A stretch of 64,000 nt of DNA from Neocallimastix sp. 'constans' (Eukaryota). The stretch lies in contig JBODTK010000133.1 in the NCBI GenBank assembly GCA_050613775.1, positions 1 to 64,000 of the forward strand, given 5' to 3'. The translations under genes and the position numbers were made by a program. The notes beneath the pieces were generated by a model that was given only the letters and a program-made list of their open reading frames with translations, searched no databases and was not told where the DNA came from. Positions 23,001 to 35,738 of this stretch are shown here, piece by piece (the first letter of the stretch is position 1; every line of letters starts with the position of its first letter).

Positions 23001-23998
23001 ATTACAAGACATACCAACGTTTGAAAAAGAGCTTCTATTGGAACAATATGGTTAATGACATTAAGCGAATTATAGGTAAATGTGAAAAATGTCAATTAAA
23101 TAAATCTCAACCATACCCTGAACCAACGGAAGATAAACCAACTGAAGTGGAAGGACCATTTACACACTTAGGATTGGACATTATAGGACCTCTAAGTAAA
23201 ACCAGAAATAATAATCAATATATAATCGTTGTGGTTGATTATTTTACTAAATGGGTTGAGGCAGAGCCCACTGAAAATGTTACTTCTCAGGATGTGATAA
23301 AATTTTTAATTAATGTATTTGCTCGACACGGTGTACCTCAAATTATCACTACTGATAATGGAACACAATTTACATCAGATATGACAAAAATCTTCCTTGA
23401 TTTATATGATGTATATGTTAAATTTATCACTCCATATCATCCTGAAAGCAATGGTTTAGTTGAGAATCGTAATAAAGAAATTGGAAAATTATTACGATTA
23501 CTAGGACAACAACACAAAGAATGGGATGAAATTTTACCATCTGCACTTTGGGCTTTAAGAACTACTAAAAACTCAATCACCAACCATTCAAGTTTTGAAT
23601 TAATTTATGGAAGGGAGGACCAACAACCTTTTGACATTGCTGCCAGACCAACTAAGGGTATAAATAAGTCTTCTGACGAAATTCTACTGGAAAAATTTGT
23701 ATCACACTACCAATGGGTAATGGAGGCCGCATCTAATATCAAAAATGCTTCGAAGTATTGGGCTACTAGGAGAGAAGAAAAGACCAGTATGAATCAAGCT
23801 AAAAGAATAAAACCAGGTGATTTAGTACTAGTAAGAAACTTTAATCGAACTAAATTAGAACCTTACTTTGTTGGACCTATGAAAGTGGTAAAGAAACAAT
23901 TCAATACAGTCACTTTAGCCGATCCTGCTACTAATATACAAATGAATCGTAATGTTCATTTGAAAAATATTGTCAAGTTTAACTCAGCTTCTACCTAG
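20000..23998 (+). CDS. pol: Pol of element C (PR-RT-RH-IN), reached by -1 frameshift; RT motif-A Asp replaced by Tyr
   Basis: LIDSCSN, FIDD, TDAS, HHCC and DDE motifs. The -1 frame is open from TTTAAAC (19997-20003) into ORF 20180-23998. Confidence 0.93.
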   Translation, partial: KPLKGSRSTPIVKKIASVCHRPKTVDLKEDDDYEEIADFQEGTTTDYYEDFDDESDGSKELDYLVNVIKRKANPKDEETSDQRGKRVHRSLRDDPKPIVTPGLRKQKENQLRGTSRPVKKPTTQLHPSIMAQPRIEKEKRIEKELRDKERASTSTSVENNKNSNVNIINEETSQEGNNSKQTLNKLIQEKSSEKSTEIMPTRIPRRIQMQTDCDSYDVIKDLNSSNCNITFRQLLDVAPKIRSQVSQGLKLEKNNTKISGAVDNMCATTIITNNIDHTYKSKHHEPQEDDIAMVDVIVDGVRGKALIDSCSNLSIITKQFLDKLPYQYEPIGVSAGRIRLTTMNDDYSEDVLIKVPVKINELELLVTCRIIDKEDPFYDILINLKTQIDNQLFIHPIRYSLCRFNDQGLIEEIAPINNEYDDEEKLLCVIKALNHQEAKQQLKTIEGLPPIKYIYDTVFQSTINSNYREAITKLLEKYIDIIATSSEELTPSDLSPHKIILKEGVKPIKQKFYRLSKLKTDILKEELTKLIYKRLIEPSCSEWSSPVVLVPKKNGKWRLCIDYRKVNEATKKDSYSLPNIEEIFDSLDGAKIFSTLYLYSGYHQILMDDDSVEITTFTTKFGNYQFKVMPFGLTGAPATFQREMNRILFPLIGKCVYNFIDDILIYSRTEEEHLEHLKQVLEIFKEHKLKINIEKCSFMQTEVEVLGHKVSSEGLSPLENKVEAIKEWKAPSNIHELRSFLGAIGYYRNFIKDFAKVTAPLCTLLRKGIKYEWKKEQEESFKILKERLINAPILRFPRFDREFIIRTDASYDGIGGVLLQKDDETGKEHPVHYISRSLSKSEKNYGITDLESAALIYCINKLKSYIMGNPKQTIVYTDHRPLIGLLKSKEPQNSRHTRWCLTVSMLGIDLRYETGKNNVVADALSRMKNEKEKVVLTTQIIKEQDENLPSRTIKEFIEEKFTTTDGVDYFVDGNNYRKLVTDTKEKLQLISQAHSIGHEGYYKTYQRLKKSFYWNNMVNDIKRIIGKCEKCQLNKSQPYPEPTEDKPTEVEGPFTHLGLDIIGPLSKTRNNNQYIIVVVDYFTKWVEAEPTENVTSQDVIKFLINVFARHGVPQIITTDNGTQFTSDMTKIFLDLYDVYVKFITPYHPESNGLVENRNKEIGKLLRLLGQQHKEWDEILPSALWALRTTKNSITNHSSFELIYGREDQQPFDIAARPTKGINKSSDEILLEKFVSHYQWVMEAASNIKNASKYWATRREEKTSMNQAKRIKPGDLVLVRNFNRTKLEPYFVGPMKVVKKQFNTVTLADPATNIQMNRNVHLKNIVKFNSAST

Positions 23999-24818
23999 CT
24001 TGAGTCTTAGCGGGGGCATCTTAATACAGAATGAACAAATAATACTAATTGTGCTAGAATAATATAAATTATTCTAACCTTATAGATTATTCTATTCTAT
24101 ATAATTGGAACTTTCCAATATTCTTCCAATATTACTAAATAGAAATCTTAAGTTAATAAATCACTAATTAACTTATAATTCCTTTTTGAATTATCGATCC
24201 GATTCCATTATAATGTATTAAAAATCTTTAGCCAAGAATATTGTCCTTGCCCACTTAATATATTAATATTATATTTCTTTTGTATTATGTTATATTGAAA
24301 ATAATCAAATCTATTTAATTAGTTATTAAAATTTTCGTTATCAATTTAAATTTATTTTTAATTACTAAATTTAACTAAACCACAATAAAATATTCTGTAT
24401 AATCTCTTTATTTTTATTTTATATATATTAGTATTAAACTATTATTAAATAATTAATAATTCAATAATATATAACTACTATTTATAACAATAATATTATT
24501 AACTAAAATAATAATTCAATTTCAATTTAAATGTTTCATTTATTAAAATAATTAGTAATTAGTTTATTAAAAAAAATAGTTAGGCTTTACAAATTTTAAT
24601 TTGATAAAAAAATATAAATACATGTAATTTTTAGTGAAATAAAATATAATCAATAACTTTCTTTTTATTAAATAAATAATTATATTATTATTTTTTTCTT
24701 TTATAAATTTAAATAAATAAATATTGATTTTAAAACAAATTATTTTTTTTATTGTAATTTTATTATTTGTGTTAATTATTATTATATTCCTAAAATTATA
24801 TGAACCATACCAATTTGT

Positions 24819-25817
24819 TGTAATAATTTAATTAAAAAATTATAATTAAATTATTAATCATTAATATTAGCTCTAACTGCTAATATTAAAGGTTTAGAAA
24901 AGAATCATACTTACCTATGGTTCTTTCTAATTATCGAGTTTATTATAACGAATTAGAATAGACGAAACACTAAAATTGATAAGGAAAAGTTTTAATTATA
25001 AAATTTGTTTTATTAAAATAATTTGTTTTATTATTTATTAAAAATTTTAAATGTTAAAACTTATTGTTATTATTATTATATTATAATTGTTATAATAATA
25101 ACTCTTGATTTCTCAAAGAGAACTCAAGAGCCTTATTTATACTTTTTTGTCAAAATAAGGTTAAAATCAAAAGGGGTTCTAATCTTAACAAATCTCTTAT
25201 CTAGGAAAAGACTAGAAGAAAAACCTAGATAAGTTTTTTGATCGATATTCTATCCATATCGATCATCGCGTTAATTAAGTAAAACCGATTACTTTTAAGA
25301 AGTAATTGGAAAAACCTTAATTAACCGATTACTTAATCTAATATAATGATCGAAAATAAAAGAATAAAATAATGAAAATTATTTCGATCATAAAATTTAA
25401 AATTTAATCTATTTAGTTCTATTTTATAGAACTTTACATAAAAAATATAAAACAATACATTAATAATAAAATACATGATTAATACAATACAGAATACATG
25501 ATAGAATACAGAATACATGATAAAATACAGAATAGTGTTTTAGTTTATGATTTAATAAGTGAGAGAAAACTAAAACTAATAAATTTAATAATTAAGTGAA
25601 TAATTAAATAAATTTAATATTATTTTAAATGTATAAAAGTTATTTGATTAAATAAATTTTTAATATTAAACTAAATAAAATTTTAATATATAATTAAATA
25701 AATTATTAATTATAATTAATTGTATAAATGAAATATGAGTTAAATAAAAGTTATATTAATTATAACCTAACTAAGAAAATATAATTATTTTGTTAAAAAT
25801 AATTATAAATTCTTACA
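24819..25817. mobile_element. Solo-LTR-like unit 'D'
   Basis: TGTAA...TTACA termini; near-identical inverted copy at 32316-33972; flanked by ATTTGT on both sides. Confidence 0.8.
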
Positions 25818-25822
25818 ATTTG

Positions 25823-26787
25823 TGTAATAATTTAATTATAAAATTAATTATAATTAAATTATTAACTACAACTTAATAATAATTAAATAATAATTATTAT
25901 TAAATTGAGAGAGCAAAAAAGATAAATATACTTATCTTCTATAGGAAAGAGTTTATTATAACTAATTATAATAAACTAATAACACAGAATTGACAAAGGA
26001 AAAAGATTATTTTATTTTATTTTATTTTTAAATTTGTTTTATTAAAACTTGCTTTATTAAAATAGAAATATAAAATATTTGTTAATGTTATTACCATATT
26101 ATAATTGTTATAATAATAACTCTTGATTTCTCAAAGAGAATTCAAGAGCCTTATTTATACTTTTTTGAAAAATAAGGTTAAATTAAAAAATGTTTTCTAA
26201 TCTTAACAAATCTCTTATCTAGGAAAAGATTAGAGAGAAAAACCTAGATAAGATTTTTGATCGATATTCTATCCATATCGATCATCGTATCAATTAGGTA
26301 AAACCAATTACTTTTAAGAAGTAATTGGGAAAAACCCTAATTAACCGATTCGCTAATCTAATGTAATTGATCGAAAATAAAAGAATAAAAAAAATAAAAG
26401 ATATTTCGGTCATAAAATTATAAATTTACAAATAAGGAAAATAACATAATAATGATATTAGTAAACAAAATACAGAATACATTATTAAAATACATATTAG
26501 AATACATAATATATTTGTTTACAATTTAATTAAATAAATAAACTAAGACTAATAAATTTAATAATTAAATGTATAGTTAAATAAACTATAATTATTTATA
26601 AATGTATAAATAATAATTAATTAAATAAATTTTGTTGTATTAAATTAATGAATATTTAATATGGAGTTATATAAATTATTAATAATATTTAAATGAATAA
26701 ATATTATATAATTAAATAAAGTTATAATTATAACTTTAACTAAGAAAATATAATTATTTTATTTAAAAATAATTATAGATTCTTACA
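25823..26787. mobile_element. Solo-LTR-like unit 'E' (relative of D, same orientation)
   Basis: TGTAA...TTACA termini; second copy at 34775-35734; TSD ATTTG. Confidence 0.8.
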
Positions 26788-26790
26788 ATT

Positions 26791-28555
26791 TGATACGGGG
26801 TGTCACTAAATACCTTGTATTTCCTATTAAATACTCTTAATAATAATAAAATAAAATTATTATTAAATATTCTTATTAAAATCTTTTATTAATATCAAAT
26901 ATAATAAAAATTATTATTAAATATTCTTATAAATTTCTTTTATTAATATTAAATATAATAAAAATTATTATTAAATATTCTTATAAAATTCTTTTATTAA
27001 TATTAAATATAATAAAAATTATTATTAAATATTCTTATAAAATTCTTTTATTAATATTAAATATAATAAAAATTATTATTAAATATTCTTATAAATTTCT
27101 TTTATTAATATTAAATATAATAAAAATTATTATTAAATATTCTTATTAAAATCTTTTATAATAAAAATTATTATTAAATATTCTTATAAAATTCTTTTAT
27201 TAATATCAAATCTAATAAAAATTATTATTAAATATTCTTATTAAAATCTTTTATTAATATCAAATATAATAAAAATTATTATTAAATATTCTTATTAAAA
27301 TCTTTTATAATAAAAATTATTATTAAATATTCTTATAAAATTCTTTTATTAATATTAAATATAATAAAAATTATTAAATATTCTTATAAAATTCTTTTAT
27401 TAATATTAAATATAATAAAAATTATTATTAAATATTCTTATAAATTTCTTTTATTAATATTAAATATAATAAAAATTATTATTAAATATTCTTATAAAAT
27501 TCTTTTATTAATATTAAATATAATAAAAATTATTATTAAATATTCTTATAAATTTCTTTTATTAATATTAAATATAATAAAAATTATTATTAAATATTCT
27601 TATTAAAATCTTTTATAATAAAAATTATTATTAAATATTCTTATAAAATTCTTTTATTAATATCAAATCTAATAAAAAAATTATTATTAAATCTTCTTAT
27701 TAAAATCTTTTATAATAAAAATTATTATTAAATATTCTTATAAAATTCTTTTATTAATATTAAATATAATAAAAATTATTATTAAATATTCTTATTAAAA
27801 TCTTTTATTAATATCAAATCTAATAAAAATAATTATTAAATATTTTATTAATATTAAATATAATAAAAATTATTACTAAATATTCTTATTAAAAATTATT
27901 ATAATATTTAAATCATTACTAATTCTTATTTTTATATTAAGAATAATAAAAACCTATTTCAATAAATATTTGATGTAAAATACAGAATTATAAGTTTCTG
28001 TATAATATTTTCTAAAACCTTTGAAATAAACTAAAAATAAAACAAAAATTAAAAATAAATTAAATCTTTATTAAAATAAAAATGAACTAAAATACAGAAG
28101 AATTCCAATAATAAAAATGATCTAAAATACAGAAAATATCAATTCTGTATAATTCTCTCTCTGAATAACAATATCAAGAAGAAGCTACCGCCCGGAATGC
28201 CCTTCGTGATACAAGCTCCAAATTAACTTTTTATATTTTAATTTAATAAATGTTATTTTTTTTTAATTTAAAATAATAGTTAAAAATTAAAATAAAATAG
28301 TTATAATAGTTTTTTTTTTTTTTATAAAGAATATATTAATAATAAATAAAATGTATTAAAATAAAAGTATAAAAAGAAGAATAAATTTCTTTCTTTTTAA
28401 TACTGGGAACAAATAATTTTAATTTTAAATTTAAATAAAGAATATTTTAAAATTTAATTTTTTTCTTGTTTCCAAACTTATTTTTATAGTTATGTGTTAA
28501 TATTTATTTTTTTTTTGTTTTGAATATCTTAGTGTTTCAACCCCAGCCCGTATCA
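26791..28555 (+). mobile_element. Solo LTR of family A (1765 bp, expanded minisatellite)
   Basis: TGATACGGGG...CCCGTATCA; homologous to 4687-6289 with some substitutions; no PBS follows. Confidence 0.92.
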
Positions 28556-28559
28556 AATT

Positions 28560-29397
28560 TGGTAAAGAACGAACATATAATGGATTATTAATTAGAATTT
28601 CAACTTACTTTAGAATCCATTATATTATTCTTTACTTAATATTACTTTACTATATTTTCTATACTAAAATATTTTCTAAATATATTTTTTTTTTATATTT
28701 TTATTAAAAGTTTCTAAAATATTATCAATAATTCTATATTTTTATTATTAATATCAATATCTATAATTTAACCTTAAATTTTATTATTTTATTAAAGTGT
28801 TTATTATCAATATTAATATTTTATTTTTATTTTCAAATATATTATTATATTATTATTATATTGTATCAATATTAAACTTGTATTCTTTTTAGTATTTTAT
28901 TTTATTTTTAAATTGATTATTTTATATTTTTATTCCCCACAAATAAAATCAAATTTTAATTGATTAATAATTAATATTAAATATATTATAGTTTTTAAAT
29001 TTATTTTATATAAAACATAAGAATATTATATTAACATTCTTGATTAAAATAACTTTATTTTTCTGTAAAATCTTTTTAAATTTTGTTTGTTACTTTTCGT
29101 ATATATTAAATAATTTAGTTTTAGTATATGAAAAATAATATAAAATTATGTAACCAAAATTTATTAGAATAAAAATACTTATGAATTAGTTAATTTAAAT
29201 TAATATAAAATTTTAAGTAATTAGTAATAGTAAATATTTTTTTTTAAATATGATAATAAAATGTAGAAAGGCTTTACATATTTATTTTTTTTCAAAAAGT
29301 ATAAATAAGTGAAGTTTTTCAATAATTAAAATGTAGACAGAAAAATATTAAAAATAAATAATTAAATAAAAATTCTAATAAAACCCGAACCATAACA
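28560..29397 (+). mobile_element. Solo LTR 'F'
   Basis: TGGTAAAGAACGAAC...GAACCATAACA with AATT on both sides; shares aggctttaca and the 3' terminus with LTR C. Confidence 0.78.
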
Positions 29398-29401
29398 AAT
29401 T

Positions 29402-29947
29402 TGATGCAGTATTTAAATAAAAAGAGGATATTATCAAGAAATAAAATTAAATATAATAAATAATTAGTTAAATTATATATGTATATTATAATAATAAATA
29501 GTAATATAAAAATTATTAAATTTATTTAATTAGTTAATAGCCAATAGGATTTAATTTATAGTAAATTAGAAATTAGAAATATAAAAGAAAAATTATTATA
29601 ATTCTTTAAAAAAAAGGAGGTTTTTTTATTTGGAAAAAAAATAGAGATAACATTGGTTAAAATAAATATATTTGGGGAATATATTTATTTATCAAAAATT
29701 TTAATAGTAATAAGTTAGTTAGAAATAAATAATTAATAAGATCTTTAATAACATTTTATTATAAAATTTGTATTACGACATAAATAATTTAAATAAATAA
29801 ATAAAACGACAAAACTATAATTTTTTTTATATTTTGTTTTAATATTAACGTGTATTGTAATTATATATTTTTATATTAGAATATATTTTTATTTAATACA
29901 ATCTTGCTAACCACAAAAACATTGATACTTATAAAAATAACGTATCA
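29402..29947. mobile_element. Solo-LTR-like unit 'G'
   Basis: TGATGC...GTATCA termini with AATT on both sides; single copy in the window. Confidence 0.65.
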
Positions 29948-29951
29948 AATT

Positions 29952-31478
29952 TAATACAGAATGAACAAATAATACTAATTGTGCTAGAATAATATAAATT
30001 ATTGTTGAAATTACAACTGAATTAAATTTCAATTTCAATTAATTTCAATTAAAATTATTAAAAACAAAATAATTAATAAAAATTTATAATTCATTAATTA
30101 TTCTTTAAATTTTATTTATTTTATAATATTATAAGTTATTTGATCATCTTAGGACCAGCTTAGGCCTACTGATTCTAATGATATCATATTAAACTTAAAT
30201 ATTATTAATAAATAAAATATTTATTCAACATGAATCATTTGGTCATGTCATCCTTGATTCATAAATTAATGTTAATGTATTAATTTATGTTATATTGATT
30301 TAATTAATTATTAATTATTAATTACTATATTAAATATTTAAATTTAATATTATATTAAATATATTAGCTAATATATTAGATTAAAAAATATAATTTATTT
30401 ATATTAAACATATTCTTATACTAAATATTATTATTATCAACTTTATATTATTATTATCAATATTCTCAAACCTACAAAGTATAAAAAGAAAATTCAAATT
30501 TATCTTTTTGTTCTTTGTAAGGTTATAGTTAACCTATTATAATATAACTATATAGTTTTATTAATAAATAAAAATTTTTATCATATCAAACCAATTATTA
30601 GTTTTAATTAAGTGTTAAATTAACAAATTTAACTTTATAACTCTTTTATTTTAGTAATTTACTTATATCTATATAGTTATATTATATAGATATATCAACC
30701 TGATTCCTCGTTAAATTCAATCTGTCTACTTTTTAACAATTATTCTAACCTTATAGATTATTCTATTCTATATAATTGGAACTTTCCAATATTCTTCAAA
30801 TATTACTAAATAGAAATCTTAAGTTAATAAATCACTAATTAACTTATAATTCCTTTTTGAATTATCGATCCGATTCCATTATAATGTATTAAAAATCTTT
30901 AGCCAAGAATATTGTCCTTGCCCACTTAATATATTAATATTATATTTCTTTTGTAATATGTTATATTGAAAATAATCAAATCTATTTAATTAGTTATTAA
31001 AATTTTCGTTATCAATTTAAATTTATTTTTAATTACTAAATTTAACTAAACCACAATAAAATATTCTGTATAATCTCTTTATTTTTATTTTATATATATT
31101 AGTATTAAACTATTATTAAATAATTAATAATTCAATAATATATAACTACTATTTATAACAATAATATTATTAACTAAAATAATAATTCAATTTCAATTTA
31201 AACGTTTTATTTATAAAAATAATTAGTAATTAGTTTATTAAAAAAATAATTAGGCTTTACAAATTTTAACTTGATAAAAAAATATAAATACATGTAATTT
31301 TTAGTGAAATAAAATATAATCAATAACTTTCTTTTTATTAAATAAATAATTATATTATTATTTTTCTTTTATAAATTTAAATAAATAAATATTGATTTTA
31401 AAACAAAATTATTTTTATTGTAATTTTATTATTTGTGTTAATTATTATTATATTCGTAAAACTATATGAACCATACCA
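29952..31478 (+). mobile_element. Solo LTR of family C, interrupted by nested LTR H
   Basis: Homologous to 17791-18583 once 30003-30738 is removed; AATT flanks. Confidence 0.9.
30003..30738. mobile_element. Nested solo LTR 'H'
   Basis: TGTT...AACA termini; 5-bp TSD ATTAT (29998-30002 / 30739-30743). Confidence 0.85.
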
Positions 31479-31484
31479 AATTTA

Positions 31485-32310
31485 TGTAAAGAATTATAAT
31501 TATTTTTCAAAATAATTATTATTCTTTATTAAAAAATTAATATTTAAAGTTTATTATTTTATAAAATTTTATGAATAATTTTATTAATTATGTCACATAG
31601 TAATTATTAATATTATTGTTTTAAAATTTATTTACATTAAATTAAATTATCAATAATTAATATATTAAATTATAATAATGTATTATTGCATTAAAATAAT
31701 GATAAATTCTATTTAATTAAGAAAAATTAAATTTTATTAAAATGATAATTTCATTTAATCAAGAAATAATTAAATTATATTATTTCTTGGACTTTTAATT
31801 AAGAAAATTAAAAGAATTAATTATTTAATTATATTTGTGATTAAATATTAATAAAATTAATATATAATTAGTTAATAAGTTTTCTCCCTTATTCGGGTTT
31901 TCTTATTAACTAAAGATTGATGTAATTAAACACCAATCGAGATCTATCTAGTTTTTTCTTCTAATCTTTTTCTAGATAGAGATAATTTTTCAAGATTAGA
32001 AATCAAATTAATATAAATAGGACTCTTGATTCTTCTAAAAATAATCAAGAGTTATTATTATAAGAAATTATAATAATTAACACAAATATCTTAAAATTAC
32101 TTTTATAATAAAATAATATCTAAAATTCTCTTAACCTATTTTTAGTGTTGTTTATTATAATCTTATAATAAACTCTAAGTTTTTAAATTTTCGTTTTCAA
32201 TTTTTATATTATATTTTTTAATTTTATCTCAATTAATAATATTTTTTATTATTAATTGTAGAAAGAATTAATTATTAATATAATTAAATATTTTTAATTA
32301 ATTCTTTACA
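31485..32310. mobile_element. Solo-LTR-like unit 'I' (divergent D/E relative, opposite orientation to D and E)
   Basis: 12-bp TIR TGTAAAGAATTA...TAATTCTTTACA; TSD ATTTA; shares the ctcttga..tcaagagttattattata hairpin with the D family. Confidence 0.8.
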
Positions 32311-32315
32311 ATTTA

Positions 32316-33972
32316 TGTAAGAATCTATAATTATTTTTAACAAAATAATTATATTTTCTTAGTTTGTTAAGATAATAACTGAATTTACATTTAATTCAAT
32401 TTCAATTTCAATTTCAATAATTCAGTTATTTGAATTTCAATATTAATAATTAATAATAAAATAATAATATTATTAAAATATTTAGGAAATAGTCTAGGCC
32501 AACTAATTACTAAATATTATTAACATATTGAAATTAATATATATTAAATAATGTAAACACGTGATTGTCATTAAATTAATTTCTACATATTATATTTTAA
32601 TTATAAAATATAATATTTAGCTAATATTATATTCTTATATTTTATTTATATTAAATATTTATATTATTATCTTACTTTATATTATCAATATCAAACTTAT
32701 ATTAATACTATTACATATCCATATTAATAATTAATATTTTAATAATTAATTATTTTATATAAATACATGTTTAAATCTTTTGATTAATCCTTTGTAGGAT
32801 TATTGTAATTTAAATTATAGTAATAATTATATAAAATAATAATGTAATAAAATATTATTAATATTGAATAAAACTTATATTTTAAATAAAATACTTATTT
32901 ATAAAATTCACTAATAATAATATGTTTTAAATAAGAGTATAATTAAATTATTAATTAATTACTATAATTTGGCATCTTGACCTAATCGTTAATACCAAAT
33001 TATCTAAAAACTTTAACATAGTTAGGTTATAATTAATATAACTTTTATTTAACTCATATTTCATTTATACACCTAATTATAATTAATAATTTATTTAATT
33101 ATATATTAAAATTTTATTTAGTTTAATATTAAAAATTTATTTAATCAAATAAATTTTATACATTTAAAATAATATTAAATTTATTTAATTATTCACTTAA
33201 TTATTAAATTTATTAGTTTTAGTTTTCTTTCACTTATTAAATCATAAACTAAAACACTATTCTGTATTTTATCATGTATTCTGTATTCTATCATGTATTC
33301 TGTATTGTATTAATCATGTATTTTATTATTAATGTATTGTTTTATATTTTTTATGTAAAGTTCTATAAAATAGAACTAAATAAATTAAATTTTAAATTTT
33401 ATGATCGAAATAATTTTCATTATTTTATTCTTTTACTTTCGATCATTATATTAGATTAAGTAATCGGTTAATTAAGGTTTTTCCAATTACTTCTTAAAAG
33501 TAATCGGTTTTACTTAATTAACACGATGATCGATATGGATAGAATATCGATCAAAAAACTTATCTAGGTTTTTCTTCTAGTCTTTTCCTAGATAAGAGAT
33601 TTGTTAAGATTAGAACCCCTTTTGATTTTAACCTTATTTTGACAAAAAAGTATAAATAAGGCTCTTGAGTTCTCTTTGAGAAATCAAGAGTTATTATTAT
33701 AACAATTATAATATAATAATAATAACAACAATTTTAACATTTAAAATTTCTAATAAATAATAAAACAAATTATTTTAATAAAACAGATTTTATAATTAAA
33801 ACTTTTCTTTATCAATTTTAGTGTTTCGTCTATTATAATTGGTTATAATAAACTCAAAAATTAGAAAGAACTGTAGGTAAGTATGATTCTTTTCTAAACC
33901 TTTAATATTAGTAGTTAGAGCTAATATTAATGATTAATAATTTAATTATAATTTTTTAATTAAATTATTACA
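32316..33972. mobile_element. Second copy of unit D (inverted), interrupted by nested LTR J
   Basis: Reverse complement of 24819-25817; TSD ATTTA (32311-32315 / 33973-33977). Confidence 0.85.
32365..33018. mobile_element. Nested solo LTR 'J'
   Basis: TGTTAA...TTAACA termini; 5-bp TSD TAGTT; start resembles H (aactgaatt..caatttcaatt). Confidence 0.85.
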
Positions 33973-33975
33973 ATT

Positions 33976-34768
33976 TAATACAGAATGAACAAATAATACT
34001 AATTGTGCTAGAATAATATAAATTATTCTAACCTTATAGATTATTCTATTCTATATAATTGGAACTTTCCAATATCCAATATTCTTCAAATATTACTAAA
34101 TAGAAATCTTAAGTTAATAAATCACTAATTAACTTATAATTCCTTTTTGAATTATCGATCCGATTCCATTATAAAGTATTAAAAATCTTTAGCCAAGAAT
34201 TTTGTCCTTGCCCACTTAATATAATAATATTATATTTCTTTTGTAATATGTTATATTGAAAATAATCAAATCTATTTAATTAGTTATTAAAATTTTCGTT
34301 ATCAATTTAAATTTATTTTTAATTGCTAAATTTAACTAAACCACAATTAAAATATTTTGTATAATCTCTTTATTTTTATTTTATATATATTAATATTAAA
34401 CTATTATTAAATAATTAATAATTCAATAATATAAAACTAATATTTATAACAATAATATTATTAACTAAAATAATAATTCAATTTCAATTTAAATGTTTCA
34501 TTTATTAAAATAATTAGTAATTAGTTTATTAAGAAATAGTTAGGCTTTACAAATTTTAATTTGATAAAAAAATATAAATACATGTAATTTTTAGTGAAAT
34601 AAAATATAATCAATAACTTTCTTTTTATTAAATAAATAATTATATTATTATTTTTCTTTTATAAATTTAAATAAATAAATATTGATTTTAAAACAAAATT
34701 ATTTTTATTGTAATTTTATTATTTGTGTTAATTATTATTATATTACTAAAACTATATGAACCATAACA
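33976..34768 (+). mobile_element. Solo LTR of family C (more diverged copy)
   Basis: TAATACAGAATGAAC...GAACCATAACA; homologous to 17791-18583. Confidence 0.9.
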
Positions 34769-34774
34769 AAATTT

Positions 34775-35734
34775 TGTAATAATTTAATTATAAAATTAAT
34801 TATAATTAAATTATTAACTACAACTTAATAATAACTAAATAATAATTATTATTAAATTGAGAAAGCAAAAAAGATAAATATACTTATCTTTTATAAGAAA
34901 GAGTTTATTATAACTAATTATAATAAACTAATAACACAGAATTGTCAAAGAGAAAAGATTATTTTAATTTTATTTTTAAATTTGTTTTATTAAAACTTAC
35001 ATTATTAAAATAGAAATATAAAATATTTATTAATGTTATTACCATATTATAATTGTTATAATAATAACTCTTGATTTCTCAAAGAGAATTCAAGAGCCTT
35101 ATTTATACTTTTTTGAAAAAAAAGGTTAAAATATAAAAGTGCTTTCTAATCTTAACAAATCTCTTATCTAGGAAAAGATTAGGGAGAAAAACCTAGATAA
35201 GATTTTTGATCGATATTCTATCCATATCGATCATCGTATCAATTAGGTAAAACCAATTACTTTTAAGAAGTGATTGGGAAAAACCCTAATTAACCGATTC
35301 GCTAATCTAATGTAATTGATCGAAAATAATAGAATAAAATAATAAAAAATATTTCGATCATAAAATCATAAATTTACAAATAAGGAAAATAACATAATAA
35401 TGATATTAGTAAACAAAATACAGAATACATTATTAAAATACATATTAGAATACATAATATATTTGTTTACAATTTAATTATATAAATAAACTAAGACTAA
35501 TAAATTTAATAATTAAATGTATAATTAAACAAACTATAATTATTTATAAATGTATAAATAATAATTAATTAAATAAATTTTGTTGTATTAAATTAATGAA
35601 TATTTAATATTGTGTTAAATAAATTATTAATAATAATTAAATGAATAAATATTATATAATTAAATAAAGTTATAATTATAACTTAACTAAGAATATATAA
35701 TTATTTTATTTAAAAATAATTATAGATTCTTACA
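34775..35734. mobile_element. Second copy of unit E
   Basis: Direct repeat of 25823-26787; TSD AATTT. Confidence 0.85.
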
Positions 35735-35738
35735 AATT

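Larger units (their letters stand above)
17791..24812 (+). mobile_element. Full-length Ty3/Gypsy LTR retrotransposon 'C' (7.0 kb)
   Basis: LTRs 17791-18583 and 24022-24812 (a few substitutions/indels between them), PBS 18592-18609, gag, pol, PPT agcggggg at ~24009-24016, and TSD ATTT (17787-17790 / 24813-24816). Confidence 0.95.

Noticed and set aside
25333..25518. 61-aa ORF repeated at 33274-33459
   Set aside because: It arises from the tgtattc repeat inside the two near-identical D units; low complexity with no protein features.
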